64,000 bases of DNA from a virus (IMGVR_UViG_3300002307_000001:32001-96000), one strand, 5' to 3'. Positions 1-11,100 are shown, counted from the first letter of the stretch. Numbers and translations are program-made. Notes: a model not told the origin generated them from the sequence alone.

Positions 1-28
1 TTTTTGTAAAGGTAATAAAAGAACATTA

Positions 29-664
29 ATGCAGGAAATTATAAAGAAGATAAATACTAAATTAGAAGATAGTGGTTGGTACGATGAACTAAGAATATTT
101 TTAGAGTCATCTGATTTCTCTGATATTATTGTTGAACTTAAAAGAAAAGTAGAAGTAGATAAACAAAGATTCTGTCCTGGTTTAAGTTCTGCTTTTAAAT
201 TTATGGAGCTACTACCGGTAAGTAAAATAAAAGCTGTTATATTAATTGACCATATCTCAAATAGATTGGATGTTGCAAACGGTATACCATTATCTAATCC
301 TCATGCAGATGATTCTACACTAATTTACTTCTTAAGATCTATTGACACTAAACTACATGATTCTAAAAAATGGTTAGAACAAGGTGTTTTATTATTACCA
401 TTATCTCTTACCTGTAGGATTGATGGAAAGGCACATAAAAAGTTATGGATTCCTTTTGTTATGAGAATGATAGAGACCATAAACAAAAAGCATCCAAATA
501 TTCCTTGGATGCTAATTGGTAATGATACATGGAAATATGAAGAAGATATAGTATCAGATCATATTCGTAAAATGGAACTCAAAATACCAATGGATGATAA
601 AGTTTGGAGTACCTGGACAAACGATATACTATCTAACCAAAAAAAGACTCCTATTTTATGGTAA
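29..664 (+). CDS. Family-1 uracil-DNA glycosylase homolog with degenerate catalytic motifs
   Basis: UNG-like segments (IKAVIL, ANGIPLS, WLEQGVLLL, HKKLWIPF, PWMLIG). GQDPY is replaced by IDHIS, LLLN by LLLP, and HPSPLS is absent. Confidence 0.7.
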   Translation: MQEIIKKINTKLEDSGWYDELRIFLESSDFSDIIVELKRKVEVDKQRFCPGLSSAFKFMELLPVSKIKAVILIDHISNRLDVANGIPLSNPHADDSTLIYFLRSIDTKLHDSKKWLEQGVLLLPLSLTCRIDGKAHKKLWIPFVMRMIETINKKHPNIPWMLIGNDTWKYEEDIVSDHIRKMELKIPMDDKVWSTWTNDILSNQKKTPILW

Positions 665-959
665 TAGGTGTTGAGTCAAAAGAAGGTTTATCAGTAAATG
701 CTCTTTGTGTAAGCCAGCCTACTAAGAACTTTTTGTTAGCAGGTCGTTTCTGACAAATCTTTACGTAAAATTTAGCTGAATTGATCTGCATCCTGCTCAT
801 GTACAGTTGATGCATTGTGGTGTCTAGTTTACGCTTATAGTAAGCACAACTGTCAACTGGTGCCTTTGCCTGTACAGGTGTTGTACAGTACCAGCACATT
901 AATATGGTAATTATAATCTTAGCAATTACTAAACCGGTGATTTTTAACTTCTCTTTCAT
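651..959 (-). CDS. Hypothetical exported or membrane-anchored protein, possible lysis accessory
   Basis: Basic N-terminus, hydrophobic stretch and VQA/AKA signal-like site. Start overlaps the endolysin stop (TAATG). Confidence 0.5.
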   Translation of the reverse strand: MKEKLKITGLVIAKIIITILMCWYCTTPVQAKAPVDSCAYYKRKLDTTMHQLYMSRMQINSAKFYVKICQKRPANKKFLVGWLTQRAFTDKPSFDSTPITIK

Positions 960-1378
960 TAAGCAAATGAATTATTTACGTTAAGAATATTTAATGTTGT
1001 TTTACCCATCTTACCATCTTCTTGTATACCTAAAGATCTTTGGCAAAGAACTACTGCTTGATGTACACCCATGTTTACAGCTTTATCAAATAGATCATTG
1101 GCTACTTCTTGATTAATGATCTCATCACCAAGTATAGGTTGCCAATACTTTTTGTCGTAAACATCATGCCTCATATGCAATAACTGGGCATTTTCTTTGA
1201 GACACTTGGGAAAGTCATTATGATTTCTTAAGGAGTCAACTATTGCCCAACCGGGCCAAGTTTTATCCATGTTCCTAGCTAGTCCAAAAAGAGTTTCACC
1301 GCCAACATCGTCAGGATCGTTATTGTAGAAGCCCTCTTTTTCAAGGGTAAGCTTTAATGCTATGTCCAGATCTGCCAT
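959..1378 (-). CDS. Endolysin, glycoside hydrolase family 108
   Basis: EGFYNNDPDDVGGETLFG matches the GH108 EGGY..DxGGxT.G motif. Also LFDKAVNMG and a C-terminal DGKMGKTTL segment. Confidence 0.88.
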   Translation of the reverse strand: MADLDIALKLTLEKEGFYNNDPDDVGGETLFGLARNMDKTWPGWAIVDSLRNHNDFPKCLKENAQLLHMRHDVYDKKYWQPILGDEIINQEVANDLFDKAVNMGVHQAVVLCQRSLGIQEDGKMGKTTLNILNVNNSFA

Positions 1379-1397
1379 AATTAAGAAGGTTTATATA

Positions 1398-1727
1398 TTA
1401 AGTTGCAGGAGAAAAAACTTTAAATTCAATATAGTTACAAGATCTACCGGCTTGACCACCAGGTACACCATTTACAGCTATCATAGAGTTTGGTAGGATA
1501 TTTCCCTGCCTGTTGATCTGATACCAGTAACGAAATGGTCCCATGCACTGAACTTGTCCCGGACCTGGTTGCATTACTGTACCTGTTACTCTTGCTTCAG
1601 CACACTTATACCCCTGATCTATCGTGTTGTTGTTTGGTTTACCATACATTGTACCTGGTATAGGATTTTGATTAGCATCCAAGTGTACAAAATAATAAAC
1701 ACAAGTTTTACTAGTTGTAGTATTCAT
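1398..1727 (-). CDS. Small internally duplicated protein, probable virion protein
   Basis: Two related halves (YYFVHLDANQNPIPGTM / YWYQINRQGNILPNSM). Preceded by the recurrent promoter motif. Confidence 0.55.
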   Translation of the reverse strand: MNTTTSKTCVYYFVHLDANQNPIPGTMYGKPNNNTIDQGYKCAEARVTGTVMQPGPGQVQCMGPFRYWYQINRQGNILPNSMIAVNGVPGGQAGRSCNYIEFKVFSPAT

Positions 1728-1750
1728 AAGAAAAACATTTTATCTCACTA

Positions 1751-1781
1751 TTAATATACAAAAATATGACGTAACCGCAAA
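1751..1781 (-). promoter_or_regulatory. Bacteroidota sigma-A-like promoter (TTTG-N19-TATATTAA)
   Basis: -33 TTTG at 1781-1778 and -7-like box at 1758-1751. The same arrangement recurs at four other intergenic sites. Confidence 0.65.
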
Positions 1782-1798
1782 AAATATTTATCAAAAGA

Positions 1799-1830
1799 GT
1801 TGCACATAAAATGTTTATTGTGTAACTTTA
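1799..1830 (+). promoter_or_regulatory. Divergent sigma-A-like promoter (GTTG-N20-TAACTTTA)
   Basis: TAnnTTT box 17 nt upstream of the ATG at 1848, with GTTG at the expected spacing. Confidence 0.5.
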
Positions 1831-1847
1831 CAATCCAAAATTAGAAT

Positions 1848-2249
1848 ATGGATAAAAAAGAAGCAGTAATTTCTACACTATGTAATCCTGTAATTACAGC
1901 TACAAAACATAGTGCCCTGAATGTTACAGATGACATCACATTGTTGTTTAGTGTTAATGTGAAACAGCTTGAAGAAACAGTAATAGGTGATAAAATCAAA
2001 AAAACTTGGAGACATGGTGTTATATCTGGTGATATTGAACCAATGTTTGCAATGGAATTTTATGACGGTATGCTACTTCCAGGTAAAGTAAAGGTTATTG
2101 AAAGCTTTTTACCAATTGTTGAAGATGATCCTGAACAATATATAAAAAGAAATAGAGGTGGTTCTATTTGTAGAATAAACGGAAAGGTTATTTACAGAAC
2201 AGAAGCATATACCTCTAACCACACGGAAGAAGATACCATTATCAGCTAA
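1848..2249 (+). CDS. Hypothetical phage protein
   Basis: 133-aa ORF filling the gap, with its own promoter-like motif. Convergent with the 1965-aa gene. Confidence 0.6.
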   Translation: MDKKEAVISTLCNPVITATKHSALNVTDDITLLFSVNVKQLEETVIGDKIKKTWRHGVISGDIEPMFAMEFYDGMLLPGKVKVIESFLPIVEDDPEQYIKRNRGGSICRINGKVIYRTEAYTSNHTEEDTIIS

Positions 2250-2269
2250 TAACTTAAAGAAAGCAGTAA

Positions 2270-5200
2270 CTACTTTACATAGAAAGTAGTTACTGTATTC
2301 AAGTTGGTTATTCTATTAATCTCTCTTAAAATAGGTAATACATCTTTTGTTTGTTTGTATACCTTAAGTTGTCCTTTAAAATTACCTCTTTGATAATAAC
2401 GATGTTCATCATCTAGAAATGGATATTCAATTGAGGAATTTAAAAGTTGTGCAAATTTTGCAAGAGCATTAGTTGTAGCAAATGGATTCTGAACAAGTTG
2501 ATAAGATTCTATTGCTCCTAAACCAGGTATAAAAATTGAAACTTCCTGCATACCTCTTGATGATTGGTATCTTAACCAGTTAGCCATTTTCTTTAAAACA
2601 GGATCATCATCTGGTATACCGGCAGCAAGACTTTTTACAATATGTGCAAGTGCAAAGAATGCTAAAAAGTATGACATATCTACTATGTCTTTTTTAATAT
2701 TATTTTTTTGGTGCGCACTTAGTTCATTCCATCTTTTTGTAGCTTCACCTAATTTTGCAATATCTTTAAAGAGATTGTATAAAGTGACATATCTTCCTTC
2801 TACATCCATGCCTCCTCCAAGATTTTCATCAAATTTACCTTTTTGAAATCTTGCTTTGAAGTTAGGCCAAACCCATTTATGAAACTGAATTGCAAGTTTA
2901 CCAACAATAGTACTCTCAACCATTGTTTTATTTGCGGAGTCATAATTACCATGTATTCTATCATTTGTTTCATGAATACGGTTAATAACCATGTGTCTTG
3001 CCCTATCTTGATCTTTTGCAACATTACCTTCTTTATCAAGAAATTTATAACCGTCTATAAGAGTTGCTTCACCTGTATTAGGATCAAATGTATAAGCATC
3101 AATAATAGAGCAATCTTGTAATTTAGAATCTGTACCGGTATATTTCATCTGTATAGAATCAAGAATAGCATTTCCTACTAAAGATTGTACCTCCCACTCA
3201 CCTGCCTCATAACCTTTATACCCCCATGACAACATATTTACTTTACTTTGATCAGCATGTGCATGTCTAACTATATCATAATTATCGGTTAACCATTCAT
3301 ATAAACTACCTGCTTTTTTATCTCCGTATTCTTTACCATCTTTTGTTTTACCAATAGTTGCAATATAGCCCGGTATATGTTCAGTATTATACAATTTTAT
3401 AGCCCTGTTATAAGCCCTATGTGTAAAAAAGTCTCCACCTACTGCATCAATTCTATTATTTATTCTAGCTACTATTTTGTTATTAATAGTACCAAAAATG
3501 TTAAAAGGTATTGACATTGCAGATGTAGCTTTCTGTAATTTTTGTATAACAACTTCTGCCACACTCTTTGTAAAAGTTGGATCATTGTAAAAACACATGT
3601 CCAAAAACTTTTCAAATCTTTTTGTTGCATTTGCTTTATCTGCTTCTATTTCTTTACCATTAGCAGTAACAAACTTCATAGTCTGTAAGTGGTCTCTTAC
3701 AGCAAGTAATGTATCTTCTACACCACTCATAATGTGAAAGTTTTCTGCCATTTGTACAAATGCCTCAAGACCTAATACAAGATCCGGATGTATTTGTTCA
3801 GCAGTCATTTTATGCAATTCCTTCTTACGGAGATTAAGAAAAATATCATTTTTATCATGCCACTTTTTAGGATCCATTCCTTCTTTTTTTGTGGCCCATT
3901 TTTCAAGTTCACTTTCTATCTCTGCCAATCTTTTTTGTGATTGAAGAGATGCCATGAACATAATTGGAATAGATTGATTTGCACTACCGGTCTTTGCAAT
4001 ATCTGATTGATCACTCATTGCTGTAGTGTCAAAAAATGTTCTCATTTGTTTGGTAACAATACTTCCAAAATTTGCACCTTTTTGAGAGAGCTCATCTACA
4101 AAGTTTCCTTGCAATGTTGGTATATAACCTTTTTCAAACCAGTACATTGCAGATGGTGGTAATTTTGCTATCTGTTCTTTTAATAAATCAAGATAACCTT
4201 TATAGAACTCACTTTGAGCAGTTTCAAGTGCAGTTTTTGGCTGCATCATTTTTCTATACATTGGGTCCCAAAGATCAGTACCATCTTCTGCATACTCTCT
4301 TGATACAGTATTTTTCTTTTTTGGAAACCACTTATTTGCATTTGATACTGTACCGGTTGGTGTAACTTCTCCAGTATTTTCATCTCTTATTGTATCTGCT
4401 TTAAGATATGTACTCCAATCAAAATTTGCATCTCTCCAAGCAACATATTCAGGATCAGTTTCCCCTTTCTTTGGTTTCCAATTACCAAAGTCATCTTCCT
4501 CCATGTATTTCTCACGTTCTTCAAGAAATTCATCTGTGTATTTATGATATTTACCTTCAGTTACTGTAGTACTAGGTTGCTTCCTTGCATTGCCATATTG
4601 GTCAGTATAATGAACCCATTCAACATTAACATGTTCAGCTTCCATAAAATCACGGTAAGCAGCTTTAAGGTAATAAAGATCTTTATTCCATTGTATCTGT
4701 TCAGGAGTAGTTGCTTTTCTTATAAATTCTTTTCTTGTACCATCAAGATTGTAAAGGGGGATGTTTACTTTCTCATAAAGAGAGTTATATACAGTTCCTC
4801 TTTGAGAAATTATTCTACCATTTCTTTTACCATCTGGTCCTAGTTGATATATAAACGTAAATAATTTAGCAGGATCTTTTGTACCACTTGCTTCAATAAG
4901 ATTGTTACCAAGGGTATGAATAGTTGCTCTTTGTTCCTTTACATTTTCTCTAACGGTCTGACGTGCAGATGCAAGCATTTTAGCTGCATTTTCAAGGATT
5001 ACTACACCACTGTTACCCAATGTATCTAACCATGTATTAGCACCGGATATATCTTTATCTATTTCAAGAATTTCATCTAGTATTTCTTTATCAAGATATG
5101 CTTTATTTGTACTCCATCCTTCTACTAATTCTTTTACTGTATTTTTAATAGCACTGATAATTGCAACATCTGCTGTTCTTACTGTACTATCTATTTTGTT

Positions 5201-8167
5201 AAAAAGAGCAGAAGAGTTAGTTGCTGTAGCAAAAGAAGAAATAAGAAATGGCCTAAATGTGTCTATATACTTTTTAGACATGTACACTGTTCTAATGTAT
5301 CCCGGTTTTGTTATGTTATTAGGATCATTAATAACCTTTAGTACACTAGTAATGTGACTATTAAATACTGCTAAAAATTTTGGGTAGATCTGTTCTTTTT
5401 TACCTTGTGCAAACAATGTTTGCATTTCTGTAATAAGGTGATCTATTTTTCTAATAGTATTATCACCTACTTCAAAAATTGATTGGTGTTTTAAATCTTC
5501 TAAATACTTTTGCCATCCTTCTGCTGCAGTAAAGAGTCTTAAAATAGCGTCTTCCATTGTTGCATCAGTAGCAAGTCTTTCTGCTTTTTCCTCTTTAGTT
5601 TCACCGAAGCTACTTCTGTGAGTAGGGTTACCTGTTTGATACTTTTCATTTAACTCATCAAGCCGGTTTTTACCTTGATATTGTTGTGGTACTATCTTAT
5701 CAACAAATGCTTCATTCTCACTCATTACTCTGTTTACAGGTCCTTCATAAGTAAAACCAGTTACTTTATCATCTTTTGTTTTAAGAAGAATGTGTTCTGT
5801 TCTTACACCACGTACAGGATAGCCCATAAGGTTCAATAACTTTACGTAAGTCATTACCTGTATAGAATGTTCTTGACTCTTGGAAAGTTCCATACCAAGA
5901 AGTAATGAACCTTCTCCTACCTTATAAGAAGTTCCTACATAACTCTTTTCAAAAATACTCTTCCAAGATGTTTTTAAATCTATTACTGTCATTTCTCCAT
6001 CAGGGTGCACAAGTAACAAGTCAATAGAACCTGCTATTGGTAATGCACCTGGAATACCCTCATTCTTGTTAACAACAATAACCTGAGGAAGAGCTATTGT
6101 ACCATCTGCTGTCCATGCTGAAATAAGTCCTTTTAAAAAGTTATATGCATCACTTTTAACAGTACTTATTCTATCAGATGTTTCTATTTCTTCAATATTC
6201 TTTCCAAGAATAACTCCTTCTAATAAACCATCAAAATCATTACCCCACTCACGATTATCATCATAACCTACTATATTCTTTTTACCACTTTTTGCAGTTG
6301 TTGCAGATGTGTAAATAGTTGGGTCAATAACCTTTAAATCTCTGTATTCATGCTTTTGTTTACCGGTAGTAGGATCTATGCTTTTATCAAGTATTATCCT
6401 ATCATGAACATCAATATATACCTCTTTAATAACTTCTTTTTGAACAGCATTTGCTTTTTTCATTTGCTGTTCTGCAATCTTTTTTTCAGTTTCATCTAAC
6501 TGAAAATAGTATTCACCTTTTTCAGATGCTGCTTTTACTGCAGCCATATCAAGACTAGAAGTATCTCCGGCAAGTATTTCAGTAGCAACTTGTTCATAAG
6601 GTGTTTTATCTTCTGTAATATTTTTAAGTTCAGTACCTGCAAATGTTTTTCTGATCCAATCAATAAGTCTTTGGAACCATGACTGAGCTTTAATATCTTT
6701 AGAGTACTTTCCTACTATAACACCGGCAATTACTTTACCAATAGCTTCTTGTGCTATTTTTTCTTCATCAACAGTACCATCTTCTTTTTGATAAAAAGGA
6801 TTACTGGAATACTCATCCATTACTTCTTTATACTCTCTTCTGTTTTTGATGTCCTTCATCATATCTCGAAGAAGTAAAGAATTTTGAGGAAGCCATTGTA
6901 CATAGATATGTGCTGCTTCTTCAGGTAATGTATCTGCAGATGCTTTTCCATTTGCCACCTGTATAGTACGGGTAATAACATTAGCTACTGCATTACCTGA
7001 TACAACTCTACCATTTACAATAAGCTGATCAACATTTCTTACCTTACCACCAAGTGCTTTAACAAAAGCAGTTACTTTCTTGTCTACTGCTTTTATAGGT
7101 GCTTGTTTGCTTGCTGAACTTAATTGATACCATCCACCATTAGGATTTCTTGCAGACATTATTCTAACTAGTTTAGGCTCTGTAGTATCATCTATTCTTA
7201 CAGATGCATAATCTGGATTAGCTGCTATACGTTCCCTCATTCTTTTAACTAGAGTAGCTTTACCCATTGTAACAGGTTTACTGCCTATATATTCTCCATC
7301 TATAAACACTGGCTCCATGAACTTACCAAAGTAGTCATTAATCTGTTTAGCTGCTATTTCAAACGCTAATGGCTCATTAAATAACTTAGGTTGTACACCA
7401 GATTTATTTACTGACTGTTGAAAAAACACACCAGATGTTTCTTTATCTCCATTATTAGTAAATACTTGAGGTTGCTGCAACATAATACGTTCTGTAGTAT
7501 GTATTGCTCTTGGTAATGGTGATACAATAACTTTACTTATTTGAGTATTTTTAAGCTGGTTACCTACCTTATCAGCTTGTTTAATACCTTTATCAGTCAA
7601 CATTGTTTCAGGAGTTCTCATTTTTCCATCTTCATTGTCTTCTGTTTCACCATGACGTATAAAGTAAACATCACCGTTAGCACCTCCCATCTTCTCCACC
7701 TCTCCTGTACTGGTGTTTTCTTTTAAGTACTTATCTGCTGTTATACCAGATAAGTCTTCAGGACGGCCCATTTTATTCCAAAGAAGCAGGAATTTAAGTA
7801 TTGTGGAGTGTGTTACTACTGCAGTATTATTAGAGGCTGTTTCTAGTATCTTTTTGGCTTCTGTTATTGATCTATCTCTTACTTGATTAAAAGACTCACC
7901 ACCACCTATCTTAGCATTAGGATCAGATACAATAAGTTTTTCCATTTGTGGTTCAAATGTCTTTTGATCCTTTCCGGATAAAGTACCTGTATCCCACGCA
8001 GCAAGTGCATCTGATATTTCTACTTTACCTGGATACAATAGTTTAATTGCCTCTACAGGTGTAGGGTTTGTTTCACCTGCAGCTAACCATGCAATTCTTG
8101 CACCATCTTCACCAAACAATTCTTCAAGTTTCTTGTACTCAGGTAATGATTTATTAGGACAACCCAT
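2270..8167 (-). CDS. Large polyvalent virion (ejected) protein: permuted histidine phosphatase + zincin-like domain + PD-(D/E)XK nuclease + helical C-terminal region
   Basis: GES(90)...VVTH(120) precede RHGET(171)...SPLPRA. TLPEEAAH(416-420)...AQEAIG. IAGSIDLL(D716)...VIDLKTS(D730)...QVMTY. Directly downstream of the virion RNAP gene. Confidence 0.8.
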   Translation of the reverse strand: MGCPNKSLPEYKKLEELFGEDGARIAWLAAGETNPTPVEAIKLLYPGKVEISDALAAWDTGTLSGKDQKTFEPQMEKLIVSDPNAKIGGGESFNQVRDRSITEAKKILETASNNTAVVTHSTILKFLLLWNKMGRPEDLSGITADKYLKENTSTGEVEKMGGANGDVYFIRHGETEDNEDGKMRTPETMLTDKGIKQADKVGNQLKNTQISKVIVSPLPRAIHTTERIMLQQPQVFTNNGDKETSGVFFQQSVNKSGVQPKLFNEPLAFEIAAKQINDYFGKFMEPVFIDGEYIGSKPVTMGKATLVKRMRERIAANPDYASVRIDDTTEPKLVRIMSARNPNGGWYQLSSASKQAPIKAVDKKVTAFVKALGGKVRNVDQLIVNGRVVSGNAVANVITRTIQVANGKASADTLPEEAAHIYVQWLPQNSLLLRDMMKDIKNRREYKEVMDEYSSNPFYQKEDGTVDEEKIAQEAIGKVIAGVIVGKYSKDIKAQSWFQRLIDWIRKTFAGTELKNITEDKTPYEQVATEILAGDTSSLDMAAVKAASEKGEYYFQLDETEKKIAEQQMKKANAVQKEVIKEVYIDVHDRIILDKSIDPTTGKQKHEYRDLKVIDPTIYTSATTAKSGKKNIVGYDDNREWGNDFDGLLEGVILGKNIEEIETSDRISTVKSDAYNFLKGLISAWTADGTIALPQVIVVNKNEGIPGALPIAGSIDLLLVHPDGEMTVIDLKTSWKSIFEKSYVGTSYKVGEGSLLLGMELSKSQEHSIQVMTYVKLLNLMGYPVRGVRTEHILLKTKDDKVTGFTYEGPVNRVMSENEAFVDKIVPQQYQGKNRLDELNEKYQTGNPTHRSSFGETKEEKAERLATDATMEDAILRLFTAAEGWQKYLEDLKHQSIFEVGDNTIRKIDHLITEMQTLFAQGKKEQIYPKFLAVFNSHITSVLKVINDPNNITKPGYIRTVYMSKKYIDTFRPFLISSFATATNSSALFNKIDSTVRTADVAIISAIKNTVKELVEGWSTNKAYLDKEILDEILEIDKDISGANTWLDTLGNSGVVILENAAKMLASARQTVRENVKEQRATIHTLGNNLIEASGTKDPAKLFTFIYQLGPDGKRNGRIISQRGTVYNSLYEKVNIPLYNLDGTRKEFIRKATTPEQIQWNKDLYYLKAAYRDFMEAEHVNVEWVHYTDQYGNARKQPSTTVTEGKYHKYTDEFLEEREKYMEEDDFGNWKPKKGETDPEYVAWRDANFDWSTYLKADTIRDENTGEVTPTGTVSNANKWFPKKKNTVSREYAEDGTDLWDPMYRKMMQPKTALETAQSEFYKGYLDLLKEQIAKLPPSAMYWFEKGYIPTLQGNFVDELSQKGANFGSIVTKQMRTFFDTTAMSDQSDIAKTGSANQSIPIMFMASLQSQKRLAEIESELEKWATKKEGMDPKKWHDKNDIFLNLRKKELHKMTAEQIHPDLVLGLEAFVQMAENFHIMSGVEDTLLAVRDHLQTMKFVTANGKEIEADKANATKRFEKFLDMCFYNDPTFTKSVAEVVIQKLQKATSAMSIPFNIFGTINNKIVARINNRIDAVGGDFFTHRAYNRAIKLYNTEHIPGYIATIGKTKDGKEYGDKKAGSLYEWLTDNYDIVRHAHADQSKVNMLSWGYKGYEAGEWEVQSLVGNAILDSIQMKYTGTDSKLQDCSIIDAYTFDPNTGEATLIDGYKFLDKEGNVAKDQDRARHMVINRIHETNDRIHGNYDSANKTMVESTIVGKLAIQFHKWVWPNFKARFQKGKFDENLGGGMDVEGRYVTLYNLFKDIAKLGEATKRWNELSAHQKNNIKKDIVDMSYFLAFFALAHIVKSLAAGIPDDDPVLKKMANWLRYQSSRGMQEVSIFIPGLGAIESYQLVQNPFATTNALAKFAQLLNSSIEYPFLDDEHRYYQRGNFKGQLKVYKQTKDVLPILREINRITNLNTVTTFYVK

Positions 8168-8169
8168 TA

Positions 8170-11100
8170 TTAACAGTTTTTAATATTATCTAATATTGTT
8201 TCAGGAGATAATTTTGCAGTAATTCCTCTTGTATACACATTTCTTGCTTTTTCTACCCATCCTTCAGATTTACCTTCAGATAGTTTATCTATCTCACTTT
8301 TCCAATCTATAGGCTGTAAAGATACAGCTTGTTTTGTTTCTTCAGTTTGTACTCTAGCTATAATCTTTGCCGGAGTATTTTCATCTGCATTTAAAAGATA
8401 CTGCTTATTACCTTTTACTGCAACAAAACCTTTGCTAGTTGCAATTCTTACAATACCAAACTCAGCCAATCTCTCTTCAGGAGTTTTTGTACTTTGTTTT
8501 GCAGTTTGTTCTGCTTCTATTTGAGCAAGATATTCATCAGTTACTTCCCCTTCTTCTTCAATAACAGTTTTTGTCTTTTTACCTACTTGTATTTTTGAGT
8601 TAGGTAATGGACCATCTATTGCCGATGCTTTAAAGGTAGATGGTGCACCTTTCCACTCTGTTTTACGATACTGTGCACTTGTACCAGTAGCAACTGAAAC
8701 ATCTCTTGTAATAACCTTTGTAGGAGCATTTTCCATACTTTCTCCAAGAGCAAACAGTTCATAGAGTTGCCCATTTATACTAATAGAATATGGAAACTCT
8801 ATTACATCATGTTCTTTACCTTCTTTACCCTTTATCTCTTTTCTTACAATTTTGAAACCAGTTGACTTAACATAATTCTTGTTTTTAGTAAGAAGTGCAT
8901 TTTCAAAATCAGTAAACTTTTTACCATATTTTCTATTTACATAAGTCCCTTCCATATCAGGTACTACAGTATCTCTGATACCCCTAAACATATCAATGTA
9001 AATAAGAGGTTGTTCATTAGGATTAATATCTACCGGTTTAGTGTATTGTTTAGTTAATATATGTTCAAGTACTTTTTTTCTTTCATCATCAGTAAGTTCA
9101 GTTAAATCTATGTCATCCATAGTAGCAACATTCTTTTTATCAATAATATTTTTGATATAGAATTTGTTACCAATATGGGTAGCATATGATCTCATAAACT
9201 CATCCATAATATTTGAAGAAGGTACTCCAAAAATTGACATTGCTTTTTCTTCATCCCATTTATCGGCAGCAAGAAAATCATTTACTTCAGTAGTTCTACC
9301 CATTATGTCTTCAAACATAAACGTAGGGATAAATCTAATAAATGACCCGGTTTTAAATTGTGCACCATCTTTTACCAATAGGTAGTTAAACATTGCGACA
9401 GCATCATCATGAGTGTTTATTTCATTGCCGGATTCATCTTCATATGCATTTACATAAAGAGAAATAAAAGAACTAACTAAACGATCTTGTTGAGCATCAG
9501 ATAACCTAGCCCATGTATTAGCTTCTGCAGTATTGATACCTTCTTTGCTATTTTCTGCAGACACCAACATGAGAAATCTTGATACAAGATAATTTTCATT
9601 TTTTCCTTTTAACTTATCTCTCAAAGATTGCATGGTATCAATTATATCCTTAAAGTCTACAGGTTTTTGACTCTTTAGCTCAGGATAGATCATTGCATTA
9701 GTTAGAGATGATAGTGTACCAGGGTAATCGTTTTTCTGCAACCAGTGTCTATAAGCTTTAATGCTTAAAAATGATATGATATCATGTTTTAAAGTTTTAC
9801 CAAATTCTGAATTTTCTATGTTGGACATTTTTTTCATGTTACCAAATACAACCTCAGACAAACGTGCAAACAATGGTGTTTTTTCAATAAACACCTTTTT
9901 AGAAAGATACTGTACCTGTGCAAGTACTTTTAAGTTAGTTGCTATTATTTTTTGTTGATTAAGTAAAATATCTTTTACATCTACAGCAATCTCAACTTTG
10001 TTTTCTTTTTTATACTCTTCAAGTTCTTTAGCTGTCATCTCAACATAACGGTCTCCATCAAGTTTTATGCCCAAGTTATTAAGTGCAGTATTCATTGCAT
10101 CAATATCTTCCCATGTACTAGGTAGACCTTGAGAAAGTTTCTGTATTTTTGAAATACTAGCAAGTGTATCACTCTGTGTTTCTACCAGTTTTATAGTTTT
10201 TAACACATATGCATCTGTAACTTTATTGCCTCCTTGAGCAATATTATCAATCAGATCTTGAGTTGTTACAAAATTATCCGGACCAACATTCACATCATCT
10301 TTTGGATCTAGTGTACTTATTTTTTCAGCTAGTATTTTTCTTTTACTTGAAGTTGCTTCTTCTTTAGTTTTAAGAGATCCTTCAAGTTTTTGTATATCAG
10401 CAAAATATCTTCTTGCTGCTGGTTGTAATACTAATAGTACTGCAGTTTCAAGAGGTACACCTGTACTAACCATGTTAGAAACATAACCAAGTGCAGTAAT
10501 ATTTAACCCTAACCTTGCAGCAAGACGTTCTTTAGCATTATCTGTCATTGCATTAAGTAATGTACCAAGGTTAGCTGCAATACGTGTACCTGTATATGCA
10601 CCTTTTGGTATATTATTTTCATCAAAGTCTTTCTTACTATACTCTTTTCCGGCAATGATGTAACCCTTGATCTCTCCTTTCTTTTTACCACTTTTATAAA
10701 GAACTGGTTCTGCCTCATGTGCTTCCCATTCTTTATTATGAGAAAAAGAACCAAATGTATTACCATCTATTGTAATCCTATATTTTGGCTCAATATCTAC
10801 TTTAAATTGATTGTTTAAAGAGTATACCTGTATAGCATTTGCAGTTGCACCAATGTTACGGGAACCTTGTTTGTTATTATCGAATGCAATAGCTTTACCA
10901 AGAATAGAACTTACATCAGTAGGTGCCTCTTTAAGTACATTTAATATAGCAACAATACCTTTCTTTTTATCATAAGCTACATTCTCATCTTCAGATATAG
11001 CAGTAAACATTTTTATTAACTTCTCTGTTAAATTAAGAAGCGGTGTAGTAGATGTTGATGTACTATTAAATTTAGTAATCTCCTCATTTGATTGCATTGC

